Shown here: positions 51,201 to 57,551 of the stretch, in pieces
Layout: each line of letters starts with the position of its first letter
How positions within the stretch are numbered: the stretch's first letter is position 1
Assembly: GCA_031268315.1 (NCBI GenBank)
Contig: JAIRXK010000040.1
Span: 1-60,550 of the forward strand
Source: Puniceicoccales bacterium
Lineage (GTDB): Bacteria > Verrucomicrobiota > Verrucomicrobiia > Opitutales > JAIRLM01
Direction of reading: 5' to 3'
Length of the DNA: 60,550 nucleotides
Notes under the pieces: model-generated
The model's input: only the letters and a program-made list of their open reading frames with translations
What the model was told of the DNA's origin: nothing
The model's database searches: none
Position numbers and translations under genes: made by a program

Positions 51201-52038
51201 CCTGATTCTTTGGCGGAATACCGATTTTGCGAATGCAATTATTTTGTTCTGCAATGTAGATAGTTATTTCGGAATTTTTTTCCACATGCATGTAAGCATA
51301 GGATGTAGTAAACTGATTTTTGTCGGTCTGACACTGATAAGACACAATTTTCCCATCTCCCGGGTCATTGAGTCCAAGAGTTGCGCTAAATGATGATCTA
51401 CGTGACTTTGCCGCAGCCCTCTGAATTACGCTGAGCAAGTAATGGTCCGGTGAAATGAATTCCTTGCTCAATCTGGAGTTATCGATGATGTGGGTTCTCC
51501 AGTCGGGCCTAATAAAGTCGGGAAGAATAAGGTTTTTAAGATTGTAGTCTTTCAGCGGGAACAATGACTTCATTACTTCTGTCAGTATTACTTCTTTCAA
51601 TTTCCCATTTTTTGAGTCATTAGTAAATAATTCACCCAATGTGTATTCAGTACCCCTATACGCACGGTACAAGGCACTTCCACTGTGATCTAAAAGTTCA
51701 ACGCAATCTCTATATAGTTCTTCGCATGTTTCCGCAAAATTATTATAGGTGGGACTAAGTGCCGAGCAGACTTGATTCGCCGCACGGATGCCATCGACTC
51801 CAAATGCGCGAACTAGCTCAGATTTTTCAAAATCTTCAAAGAGCTTTGCCGCCAAACTCAATCTTGCTTCATTCGCTGGAAGGTCCCCTTCCCGATGAAA
51901 TACGTTTGGGTCAAGCCACTCTCGCACTAGCTTGCCGTCTTCCGCTATCTCTTCGCCATTGGCCTGTGAGAAGATGTCCTGCGGAATGACTTTCCCCATA
52001 TTTAAATTTATTCCATAGAGATTATTCGACATAGACAA
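39220..52038 (-). CDS. Giant (4,272 aa) multidomain protein: unknown N-terminal region, P-loop/DEVH NTPase module, internal Inc-like hydrophobic hairpin, C-terminal kinase-like region; candidate secreted/membrane effector
   Basis: An uninterrupted 12.8 kb ORF cannot arise by chance at this base composition. It carries Walker A QQIMGSGKTKVLLP (about nt 45730-45753) and a DEVH box SLMDEVHLTL (about nt 45334-45348). A paired hydrophobic segment lies at about nt 41570-41785, and FNYLAGQIDANGGNVIY...AIDAGCIL lies at nt 39661-39780. Confidence 0.9.
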   Translation of the reverse strand: MSMSNNLYGINLNMGKVIPQDIFSQANGEEIAEDGKLVREWLDPNVFHREGDLPANEARLSLAAKLFEDFEKSELVRAFGVDGIRAANQVCSALSPTYNNFAETCEELYRDCVELLDHSGSALYRAYRGTEYTLGELFTNDSKNGKLKEVILTEVMKSLFPLKDYNLKNLILPDFIRPDWRTHIIDNSRLSKEFISPDHYLLSVIQRAAAKSRRSSFSATLGLNDPGDGKIVSYQCQTDKNQFTTSYAYMHVEKNSEITIYIAEQNNCIRKIGIPPKNQAIDDEKVNFFLAGCIACRVPSVNSQKNKNQKESKQQKYGVFLQEMQASNIKKSEASSLLVPFSHSFAVDSPMDALENALRIATARHSTSTIDKDTQAQLCRAFGIFSRNKLLEFFKDQHDGKWDEKSLTLFKLGHEALGARMERLCRNCKNDDTLAEAMKPYALSQRERGEFLADPKTQEIFQKTTPSNPINLQSSNSEQVIQELAKKYFDSGTAPMAIKNTYIPLLNYDRIGQSAQYAANLLPPFVKHFEATFPSANEWEGVKNIPYEQRQAMLNQALTLIDFMPIAGDGHDEWYGSASEEDKKIIIKSLAKIAQIIASMPAEGSQASPKSLFVGTKNVEGQIFAEEQLTDLEWAHMISPGIRSRIAMSIEHSRIVSFELLRNSKFISETQRQMMTDTPLNHSFFLTFCKTWQHRNACFEDEAHEQRILSYIQRNAKNGSETLFNFFNINRQFSWENLDAKTSDDFAPQRPTLKFYDTILTEKNSSCGKDAMDALLAMDEEKIPGKDYSYAGSHPGFAFFGEPMASGNSGPMADMRPLLFGAKEGGNNAAAEDDAAFLSAFTQVMSCGVTPRIYRNSASPYLAPRIAIFSGRDGISLLPGGYSNQHETSSRYIESLDSLPPYAEEEDIAFQRKLGSIASSPEVQTIPMLEFLQDNLDILNKPDPEIPPTNPLGGRQATNVQFVESRYRYNLFLEILFRKRPLDLNNQNGEHFSPFDKEIEQHPDELLNALNGLWRQGFSELWYDRPDGMPNVEAACKLLHVFHLTYARFWQRGKKIDPKRYGNAFMRNLVKDRQAIIDGIRAVCGDALTVREYNLLRVAENECLLELLDISASEKNDNLANVSSISKIENDDSISVEKLSTLVANAYFLNGFNREGFPVSYFEAMERAHLRLEILWQKRPDLAKAVAWSAFQKILDSNDAIKGRNVCFDEKAGILFFPNKDNPESKDVDYINLLTLDVCFRGMKISSGFNFAMLKNEDFQRLFPVQPSKIRANDSTFFFDDARLGEVSIQRVIQYKKDAFGNQLNEIESEKFLIFRKDDKGKMWRYVPPADMKSLLPVDYFSGTDFISWVAEDGCMQICDEKNATDVIFESDSNHPPRLKMMNSKDDLYLDFSLQAEQNKDDIFHDFEDRNSMLRLVDSNGSLQMVTFPRYTDSKGNMICFIRYPEDVKKNDPQPRWILENSPKLQLIAHPRLHAVDAIGLPMEEKTFKGNPFASNEKILWLKNIADNGTYHAFLPKISIGYAPDPDEVARHEKLDFEDKYRNPKKYLDAAKKIPSILIEEFEDVSNRKAFWGSSTVGEIIVRSNPLDFEPLDIRPANDVAALRYAHVQLAYDHYDEAMAVLSRFPASSPASTEAVEAYGAIINWFAIGKRYNRPCAVVAAMAMLRLLQSAKPDDAARIIYGLQIANDGDIWKKFCENLFADEDDSRTLMAKDAYGSFAAAEESFLLFQLQILHDRASAELAKENAELTKSERKQRDILEKAHAIWDSYTGSKFIDRQKQLEQRAKEEMAQANQLLKNAHLNLPQTILAPNGTSEVIVAKEFAQNFPDAPGEIGNFEKIKAPELEMPELSHGDKAQFGARFEKILKAFNEEMEVGAKQLNDLWQLQSKPVDKDSLIRIETLKKTVSEQLIISKNAAKNAAKNLVANVYSPASNAHFASHSRRKMTMPELLRIYGYLVAGNTAVALREFQRIHPGFLASDLSNFQCNMESYLSSVIAMRRMSALEKSLGNVLREREGQWQHIWTHESLPLLKALRTEQSDNSAHQLSGNLLLFEYVTRIRPRDDQFEVLLLIIDQICKNPSDETAAKSFGILVQQIMGSGKTKVLLPFLIQQMLLRGNNLPLIISHVTQIPALQFELPALLWNFGIRVEFMNPPFAELRTLEGLRIFYQSLQAAYRLRDRVPVVSSYTALSLMATFDAIAAKEGKLSDEDKCYLQELNELFNFLRTKGISLMDEVHLTLRPTEAFIIQWDAIAGIREQISPSQITFLGNFLRCLPNEARNALRNNQQDQLGKEELREYFKETIQRHFIQQFPLGDNEDLSNELICFVLGDFDGAQSQIPSEEFQQWLKNLTSPQLRETLAMMHMSCSKLLPQCFAKKCGEDYGPNDDGVTVPLHNKKAMTTYYRSPYESITYSILNGIIGGIPPIAVRHLVEKMASQGALETMGEITLDQTTSAQNFLQLFGIDTKNTNHLKLSNAVEMKEIERENSNGTGVLAYEPVIKESALNELMELINLNRKVRWNINIKMALDQADFSSCSNSATPVSLLDLTRASVAFSGTIGNRDAYPNKLGCVHEQKGALGKIAAKFCDDVENGRSKIVTASKKNLTTAKKFLNLWQAGIGDDKERLKKMRLICDHGASLSKQSLPKSIVQIARFIHNSINFHCSDDDQVRFIEYFDARLIPPQFAIATLDDILENGISFTSVPLTNPQLQRPKNPAQLFTFLDSARTVGSDPFLAPWAVGLMLINPFHATSESALQALLRERSFLNENGQTMDVLVEQEGAELFRLCDDEGKINAKKLFARMLFQGNCDDEQQIIQATQLQISGLIRRFAKEKLQELIPKPPNISDDEWLPYCTFCQEMRALFIDVEHYIIDQWTHQRTFLSAHEALDKAWNMAFSQLEQACTRAAERLLNPENKIRLNLSKTDKKILNGEWKQYLDRIPEEWKILTFENREGGDSADAIESSGQQAEIQVQVQMQMQQEIAAAICDWPQLFRGTNYEPKKADHLILPSEPTSGTEYMASSCAATTIGERVAVTADSSVAEADASASEKKKDLLGAAKQFYKSDVQNLWNFSFAKQFHGTPNFFQISNTATGLFHRHRMAAHYLLIAIDPNDATAKPQCYFLSHDDAPYIRKAIEEGKLLNCQLYSSQGHAMATMPQKVDVPEKVQLFVDQACWMAHFFNGDIDYLEKHGALTEYLFGQLGLPPRKNSFEAIQARTKYMQIFHQYLQLSAATQPTVRQFNDIVNKTQATINSMRTLRTGNYVSRKMARALLRIKVSIDIDDVALIKTLEQYPNWNENVICIIAHLPASVYVDSKIIQKRLQEFYHDNHGSDLSSERAAEWLLSYRDVADEEILLQNYETEEMDDSSDESSSKESELLENSRSKDSSEIRKNDEVAFLTNSMHSSSHKTDPCSDIAQLSLQQKIFRAAFITAAVLAIAALTVAILFLSNLLTAPILLSIALAAGGNCIAFTAILLSPALLLSLVGVAFHFAAPAGKTSNQSDQHNSNKHSTPSSSKANLTPSKEISFLDFNDMDKLPLPTFRSIGRRLPSKIQSKKQYESLPLPPIESSTVPWANESSAPREVEQPDTIPPEDEVNAGLTKFIGKLTSITKDAIFKFLFIAHNGRFGDVDLALWNPLRRAFEEFQKNQSLERKAQLLQILNTIPANTNELILAFVKNCNSQGNSGNLLNQWYCPLTRLFEMVNENSAQWHNGIQYLSMEMPTIRPEFAHAVTMRKNKVNYFEWGDEPIGKIFSDQMEKFCKIFGCRASSKTRVLLTMSLPYRDELLSAMCRIMDVTMRCLSDGSMDNLALKDTLNTDGPVSYMRQIMESIMKDLRILNSRGISYFGEEDEIPTGTKTPFGQTQIKQIYNSELEKAVRNLNEWLPGKARIDFDGEIRIKGAGELEPEATTASFCDRLETISQGDFLSTVINEEFIKTLELLSETDNRIVINLFNVALAKKFKGIYYVNHGCFRTIVLANIFGFNGVSFLNNIESNPEFARLAIRKALMGRILGQTRQENPRHDIYALAYAELGKLFTQKGLPSPTYTANVLEGDGQKWTAMSSAGDMTMLEWEAKGISVSEELIQSSIMVQIFNYLAGQIDANGGNVIYNSADKCVRAIDAGCILPPWDLGKNREEFSKNIMEVFKKVISSMALSSEARGKNEKYHEDQAHENAQRIIFKLPPMKQEMYDALAYATSAQEEEKFLKFLKVNQLSNAEISQTKTRFEFIRESLKDVRILDERETLLNLWYENPSPFTAENCWLRALVDGALNVHIYH
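46274..46297 (-). repeat. Short in-frame tandem repeat, 2 full 12-bp units (ttttttgccgca) plus a partial third, inside the giant ORF
   Basis: Read directly from the DNA: 46274-46285 and 46286-46297, then ttttttg. It encodes NAAKNAAKN. Confidence 0.9.
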
Positions 52039-52120
52039 TATGCCATAAGCCTACGGAAGATTTCATTTTCGTCAAATGGGAAATGTGAAAATCGATTTAA
52101 TGAATGTAAACTATTTAGCC

Positions 52121-52150
52121 ATCATAATTTACAAAGATTGTAATTGTCTA
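52121..52150 (-). promoter_or_regulatory. Candidate sigma-70/66-type promoter upstream of the giant ORF
   Basis: On the minus strand, TAGACA (52150-52145), an 18-nt spacer, then TATGAT (52126-52121). Each hexamer has one mismatch to consensus. The element is about 80 nt upstream of the ATG at 52038. This is pattern match only. Confidence 0.25.
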
Positions 52151-52184
52151 ATTTTGTCATTTTTCTAAAGGCAAATGGGCCGCT

Positions 52185-52817
52185 TTAGCTGATATCATTT
52201 CGCGCATTCTTATAGATATTTAGCAGATAATCGACCATTTTTTCTCTCGTGTCCGGTTGAATGGAATAGTCGTAAAATTGAGCCATGGACATTTCGCTGT
52301 GGATAGATTTTTGCCGCCGTTCCCACTCTTCAATTGACATTGGCCCGCGCATTTGGATGCGGCGCATGACCTCATCCATTGGTGGCGGTAGCAAAAAAAT
52401 GGTAATCACCCTGCAGTAAAAAATAGCACTGCTGCGGCTCTTCGAAAGCTGCTTTAGCTTCATGGCGCCATCGACATTCATATTGAGCAAAATATCGCGA
52501 CCAGACGAAAAATGCCGTGAAATTTCTTCATCGGAAATCCCGTAAAAGTGATCGTTGTGCACTGTGGAATACTCCAAAAATTTTCCCTCTGCGATTCGCT
52601 GGCAAAATGCTTCCTTTGATGTGAAATAGTAGTCGACGCCATCCACTTCTCCAACCCGCGGCAATCGTGTGGTTGTCGTGACAGCCGCCGCAATGTGTTT
52701 TGGAAATTTTGCAATCAAGCCGTGGCAAAGAGTAGTCTTGCCAGCCCCCGTCGGTCCAGATATAATCAACACGAGCGGTGCGCATTGATCTGAAATTTCA
52801 TTGCATATTCCTACCAT
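52185..52817 (-). CDS. gmk: Guanylate kinase
   Basis: P-loop SGPTGAGKTT and the GMP-binding pattern TTTRLPRVGEVDGVDYYFTSKEAF...GKFLEYSTVHNDHYGIS-like. Length is 210 aa. Confidence 0.9.
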   Translation of the reverse strand: MVGICNEISDQCAPLVLIISGPTGAGKTTLCHGLIAKFPKHIAAAVTTTTRLPRVGEVDGVDYYFTSKEAFCQRIAEGKFLEYSTVHNDHFYGISDEEISRHFSSGRDILLNMNVDGAMKLKQLSKSRSSAIFYCRVITIFLLPPPMDEVMRRIQMRGPMSIEEWERRQKSIHSEMSMAQFYDYSIQPDTREKMVDYLLNIYKNARNDIS

Positions 52818-52871
52818 CTTTCGAAGAATTACATGGCGTCCTTCGAAGTCAATGTCCGATTATCAACTTCT

Positions 52872-54767
52872 CTATCCGCTCCATCGGCGCTGAAGTTCGC
52901 CTCTGGATATTTCAAAGTAAATAATTCCTCCACTGGGTGATCGCTGGATCACATCGCAGGCCATCAGATCTCCGACAAGTTGAGAAATTTCTCTCTCGCC
53001 ATTCCACTGGCGTGCGTTGGCCACATGTTCAGCTGCGATTTCGGCAAGCAATTCTGCCTGCAATCCCTGCAGATGGGCTCGCTTTTCAAGGAGCCAGTCA
53101 TGGAGGAACGCTTCCCCTGAATTGCACTCCATCCAATTTGGCAACGCAAATACCTCATAGAGTAGCGTCGATTTTTCCTCCAGAATAAAACCTATTCGCC
53201 GTAGCTCTTCCAGCATTTCTGTGGATACCTCTGTAGTCCGCTGGCGAAAATCCAATGTAATGGGAATAAGAAGCCGCTGCTCTACGGGAGGGGTCAACGA
53301 GGAAAGAATGCGCTCATAGGCAATGCGGAGGGCAGCCCGCCGCAGATCAAAAAAAATAATTCCCGTATCCGTTTTAAAGAGCACGGATCGCTCATTCAAT
53401 TTTCCAAGAAATTGCCATTCAAAAATTCCGTGCTTTTCCTGGTCATTCCACTGGGCAACTGGCGGTGGTGGCACAACTTTTTGGCTATCAATAGCGGGAA
53501 TCGCAGGCGATGACGAGGCCCTCTTTGGAGGTTTTGAAAATTCCTCCATGGCAGGGGCGGAAATTTTTTCCCACTCCACCTTCGTTGGGCATTCCATCGA
53601 AAATTTATCTTCGCCGCTGCCGCCGTTCCCTAGGCACGTGACCACGGAATCTGCAGTCGGTAAAGGATTGGCATGCTCTAAAATATTTGAAACTGCGTGT
53701 TCGAACGTTTCGGAACGCGATTGAAGTAGGGTTGATGAAAAGGGGAAAATTTTATTTTCACCCCGGGATTGTTCCCGGTGGCCATGCAATGTTTTCCCAA
53801 TGGCTTCAGCGATAAATGTCTGCAATTTTCGACGCTCGGAAAAGCGCACCTCTTTTTTTGCCGGATGCACATTTACATCCACTTGTTCCGGAGGTATTTC
53901 CAGAAAGAAAAACACGGGCACTGACCGGGCACGTGGCACATGGGCAGCGTACGAATCCAATATCCACTCCCGCAGATCCCTGGAGGCAATATTGCGGCGA
54001 TTGACAAAAAAAAGCATTTCGCCATTTGCAAATTCCGTGTCCCAAGGATTCCATAGCCAACCGTCAATGCGCCGTCCATCCGCGGCACATTCAATGGGTA
54101 GAAGTCCCCTTAGAACGTCATTTCCCCACAATTCCTTCATACGTTCCGCCATGGTTTCTTGCCGCTGCAGGCGAAAGATTGGCCGCCCATCGCCGTATAC
54201 GCTGAATTGCACGGCGGGAAAGTTGAGGGCGAAAATGCGCACGGTGGAAATGATGTGATTCGCTTCCGTTTGGTCGGTTTTGAGAAATTTTCTTCGGCCG
54301 GGTACGGACTTAAAGAGCATGGAAATAGATATGTGTGTTCCGCAGGCACAGACACATTCCTCTACTTTTTTTATCTCGCCATCATCCACTAGAATTTTCG
54401 TTCCCGTCGCATCGCAGTGGCGCCTTGTTTCTAAAATAAATCGAGATACGCTGGACATGGCTGCCAGCGCTTCGCCGCGGAATCCGAAGGACTTGATAGT
54501 CCGCAAATCTTCTATGTTTCGTATTTTGCTCGTTGTGTGGCGACTCAACGAAAGAATGGCATTTTCCCTATCCATGGCAAAGCCATCGTCGGAGATAGAA
54601 ATGAAATCTTTTCCAGCGCGCCGAAAGCGCACCTCAATTTTGGTCGCATTTGCATCCAAGCTGTTCTCTATGAGTTCTTTAATAATAGATGCTGGTCTTT
54701 CAACCACCTCACCGGCTGCCACCTGATTAATAATTTGCTCGGAAAGTTTTTCTATGCAATTATCCAC
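52872..54767 (-). CDS. mutL: DNA mismatch repair protein MutL
   Basis: GHKL ATPase N-terminus INQVAAGEVVERPASIIKELIENSLDANAT, plus FGFRGEALAAMSSVS and VNVHPAKKEVRF. Length is 631 aa. Confidence 0.95.
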   Translation of the reverse strand: MDNCIEKLSEQIINQVAAGEVVERPASIIKELIENSLDANATKIEVRFRRAGKDFISISDDGFAMDRENAILSLSRHTTSKIRNIEDLRTIKSFGFRGEALAAMSSVSRFILETRRHCDATGTKILVDDGEIKKVEECVCACGTHISISMLFKSVPGRRKFLKTDQTEANHIISTVRIFALNFPAVQFSVYGDGRPIFRLQRQETMAERMKELWGNDVLRGLLPIECAADGRRIDGWLWNPWDTEFANGEMLFFVNRRNIASRDLREWILDSYAAHVPRARSVPVFFFLEIPPEQVDVNVHPAKKEVRFSERRKLQTFIAEAIGKTLHGHREQSRGENKIFPFSSTLLQSRSETFEHAVSNILEHANPLPTADSVVTCLGNGGSGEDKFSMECPTKVEWEKISAPAMEEFSKPPKRASSSPAIPAIDSQKVVPPPPVAQWNDQEKHGIFEWQFLGKLNERSVLFKTDTGIIFFDLRRAALRIAYERILSSLTPPVEQRLLIPITLDFRQRTTEVSTEMLEELRRIGFILEEKSTLLYEVFALPNWMECNSGEAFLHDWLLEKRAHLQGLQAELLAEIAAEHVANARQWNGEREISQLVGDLMACDVIQRSPSGGIIYFEISRGELQRRWSG

Positions 54768-54856
54768 GGTGTAGGACTAGGGGAAAAATTTTCAAAAGTC
54801 AATGGGCGAGAATCGCTAGCGCAAACGAGTAGCTTTCGATGCCGCCCGCGTATCAA

Positions 54857-56155
54857 TTATTCCAAAGTATTCTGAGGTATATCCATGGAAATTTGATCTC
54901 TTTTCGGATAAAATACCCAGATCGGCCGGCCGATGACGGCATTTTGTGGAATTGGTCCGAAGAATCGGCTGTCGTAGCTGCTAGCCGAATTATCTCCCAT
55001 GACAAAAAATGTGCCATCGGGTACGGCGAATGCGCCGGATGTCAAATTGCCATAGGCGCGGTAGCCGCCGTAGGACGATTTTTGCCCATTATTCATGGCT
55101 ATGGCCGCGGAATCGTTGGATGGCATGCCATTGCGCCACAATTGCTGACCGATGACAGAAATGGAATCGCCGGGCATGGCCACGAGGCGTTTGATGTAGT
55201 AGCGATCATTCTCGCCGATGGATGGCACGCGTCCCGTGGCAAAAACAATTGCCTCACCGCATTTCATTGAGAAAAAATGGGGAGAAATGCGATCGACAAA
55301 AAGCACATCTCCCCGCTGCAGGCAAAATGCAAGTAAAACTTCACCGGCGGAAATATCGCAATGAGTATCGAGAAAAAATTGCCCGTGGCGTCTGGCCATG
55401 GTGCCATCGTTGAGAGCATCGGCGATGCGTCGGGACAGTATTTTCGGAAAAAATCGTTCCATGATAATGGATTCGAGATCAAATTCGCCGGGAACATCCA
55501 CGGTGACTTTCCCTTCGCCAACCAGCAATGTATAGCGCCTTTTCACGGTGGAAAAAATAAAAAATCTGCGGACTTTAACCACTTCATAGGCGATGAAAGA
55601 TTGCTGTCGCATGGCCGTTTCTCGATCGTTGATAGGAATGCGAACACGGCCTCCCCATTTACTTTTCAGCGCATAGCAGGTTTTTCCGTAGACCATGGAA
55701 TCCCAGCGCGATCCTTCCTGGTTCCACTGACTAAGTGTCGCATGCATGCCGTGGTAGGTCGGCAACATGGAATTGGTGGGAATAGTGAATGTTTGGAAAA
55801 AAAATACGCGAAATGCAACGGCAACAATGGTGGCGGCGAGCAGCATTTCTACATTTTCAGTCCAGCACCGCATCGCCGGCCCGCGACCCTCCAATTCGAG
55901 CAATTTCCCATCGCATTTCTGCAAAAATGATTCCCCGCATTCCCCATGATTTGCCAGGGCGCTGCGGAGTTCTTTTTCCATCTGCTCAAGCATGTTTCGC
56001 TGGGCAGTGGACCACCGATCCCAGTGGCAAATATTTGCCCGACGCACATCGCGAAGTAGGCGAACTATCCTTTTCCTTAAGCGTCTGTATTTTACCCATG
56101 AAATCAGCGATTTTAGCATCTGCCAAAAGAGTGAAAAAAAATTTGCGTGAAACAA
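54857..56155 (-). CDS. lepB: Signal peptidase I with a long N-terminal extension
   Basis: S26 motifs: PTNSMLPTY (catalytic Ser box), GDVLFVDR, YIKRLVAMPGD and GDNSASSYDSRFFGPIP. Confidence 0.85.
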   Translation of the reverse strand: MFHANFFSLFWQMLKSLISWVKYRRLRKRIVRLLRDVRRANICHWDRWSTAQRNMLEQMEKELRSALANHGECGESFLQKCDGKLLELEGRGPAMRCWTENVEMLLAATIVAVAFRVFFFQTFTIPTNSMLPTYHGMHATLSQWNQEGSRWDSMVYGKTCYALKSKWGGRVRIPINDRETAMRQQSFIAYEVVKVRRFFIFSTVKRRYTLLVGEGKVTVDVPGEFDLESIIMERFFPKILSRRIADALNDGTMARRHGQFFLDTHCDISAGEVLLAFCLQRGDVLFVDRISPHFFSMKCGEAIVFATGRVPSIGENDRYYIKRLVAMPGDSISVIGQQLWRNGMPSNDSAAIAMNNGQKSSYGGYRAYGNLTSGAFAVPDGTFFVMGDNSASSYDSRFFGPIPQNAVIGRPIWVFYPKRDQISMDIPQNTLE

Positions 56156-56212
56156 GGAAAAACAGGGATTGCATTCGAGAAATTATTTTTCGATGATCCG
56201 GCAACGGATTTG

Positions 56213-57454
56213 ATGGTGATGCCTATGAGGTTTATTTTTTCTATTTTTGTCCTTTGCTGTGTCATTTTTCTTAGAGAATGCTTGCCCGTCGATGGATGCG
56301 GTGGCGAAAATGGCAAAAATGCGACGGAAAATTATTCAACTTTAGACAATATGTCGAAGCAAAACGTGGAAACCACTCCAGGATCTGCGTGGGAGGAAGA
56401 CTTTTCAGCCAATGGTCAGAGCTCGGAGGAGCATATTCTCCCTGAGAAGGACGCGGAGGCGCATTTTTTTGACGAATCAAATCCAATGGGCGTAGACGCT
56501 GAAAAATTCCTAAGTGCCAACTATGTAAACGGCATCGTGGCCATTGTCAATGATCGGGTAATTACCGCTGGGGAATTGCACCAGGAAATGGTTCCGCTCA
56601 TGTCTCGGCTGGGAATGTGGGGGGAAAGTATCAGTGATTTTAGGGGAAAATTTGAAAATTTGCTTATGGAGGCCTTGGATGAAATTATTGCGAGAGTTCT
56701 CATCGTACAGGAATTTTACAATTCGGGAATGCACCTAACTAAAAAGCAGCGTGACTTCCAGCTAGATGAACTGATCCGTTCGCGCTTTGGCGGCGATCGT
56801 CTGAATTTTTTAAAGCAACTCCATGACTACGGAAAATCGTTGCAGCAATTTAAAAAGGAAATGGAAGAATCATTCATCGTCGAATGGATGGCGAGTCGAC
56901 TTCACCAATCACGCTCAGAAATTAGCCCCTCTCAAATTCGCGGATACTACGAGACCCACTTGGATGACTTTTTACTCCCAACGGCACTGCGCATAGGACA
57001 AATTTATCTACCTAGCACGTTTGAAGATGGCGATACAAATGCTCCAATTGAAAATTCACAAATTGCGGAAATAATGGAAAAATTGAACAGCGGCGAAGCA
57101 TTCGACGATGTCATTGCTCTCCATGGGCAAAATGCAATTGTATCCGCCGATACCTGGATCGCCGTCACCGATTTGAAGGAGGAACTCTGCGGGCCGCTTT
57201 TGCAGCTCCGTGAACATTCCTACAGTGATCCCATCGTCATTGGAAACCAAGTGGGCATTTTGTTTCTCCACGAAAGACGGGAGCAAAGACTAAAGCCCGT
57301 TCAAGAGGTTCAATCGCAGATCGAAAACATTTTAACCAGTCGCCAGCTGGGGGACATGCGCCGCCAGTGGATTCAAAAACTAAGAGAAAAATCCTACATA
57401 AAAATCTATCTCACGCCGACGCACGAAAGTGCGGCCCATGCCAATGGGAAGTAG
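56213..57454 (+). CDS. SurA/PrsA-like periplasmic chaperone with a degenerate parvulin-type domain
   Basis: Signal-like MVMPMRFIFSIFVLCCVIF, then the SurA N-terminal-type pattern NGIVAIVNDRVITAGELHQEM. I prefer the ATG at 56213 because the tracked start at 56147 would overlap the divergent lepB start. Confidence 0.65.
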   Translation: MVMPMRFIFSIFVLCCVIFLRECLPVDGCGGENGKNATENYSTLDNMSKQNVETTPGSAWEEDFSANGQSSEEHILPEKDAEAHFFDESNPMGVDAEKFLSANYVNGIVAIVNDRVITAGELHQEMVPLMSRLGMWGESISDFRGKFENLLMEALDEIIARVLIVQEFYNSGMHLTKKQRDFQLDELIRSRFGGDRLNFLKQLHDYGKSLQQFKKEMEESFIVEWMASRLHQSRSEISPSQIRGYYETHLDDFLLPTALRIGQIYLPSTFEDGDTNAPIENSQIAEIMEKLNSGEAFDDVIALHGQNAIVSADTWIAVTDLKEELCGPLLQLREHSYSDPIVIGNQVGILFLHERREQRLKPVQEVQSQIENILTSRQLGDMRRQWIQKLREKSYIKIYLTPTHESAAHANGK

Positions 57455-57551
57455 GGCTTTTGGGTTCGATTGAGCGATGCCTGCCCCATCGGGAAATTGC
57501 ACAATTCGCCCGTGGGTTCATTGGGGATTTTATTCGTGGTGTACTGATTCG

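Noticed and set aside
52039-52184. Search for a direct repeat of the tRNA-Phe 3' end (att-like scar) on the far side of the giant gene
   Set aside because: Nothing in this 146-bp spacer resembles ggttcgattccgcctctcgcca, and no integrase gene is present. A recent tRNA-targeted island insertion is therefore not supported.
55361-55930. 189-aa plus-strand ORF opposite lepB
   Set aside because: The minus-strand frame contains the signal peptidase I Ser box and the GDNSxxSxDSR motif, whereas the plus-strand ORF has no features.
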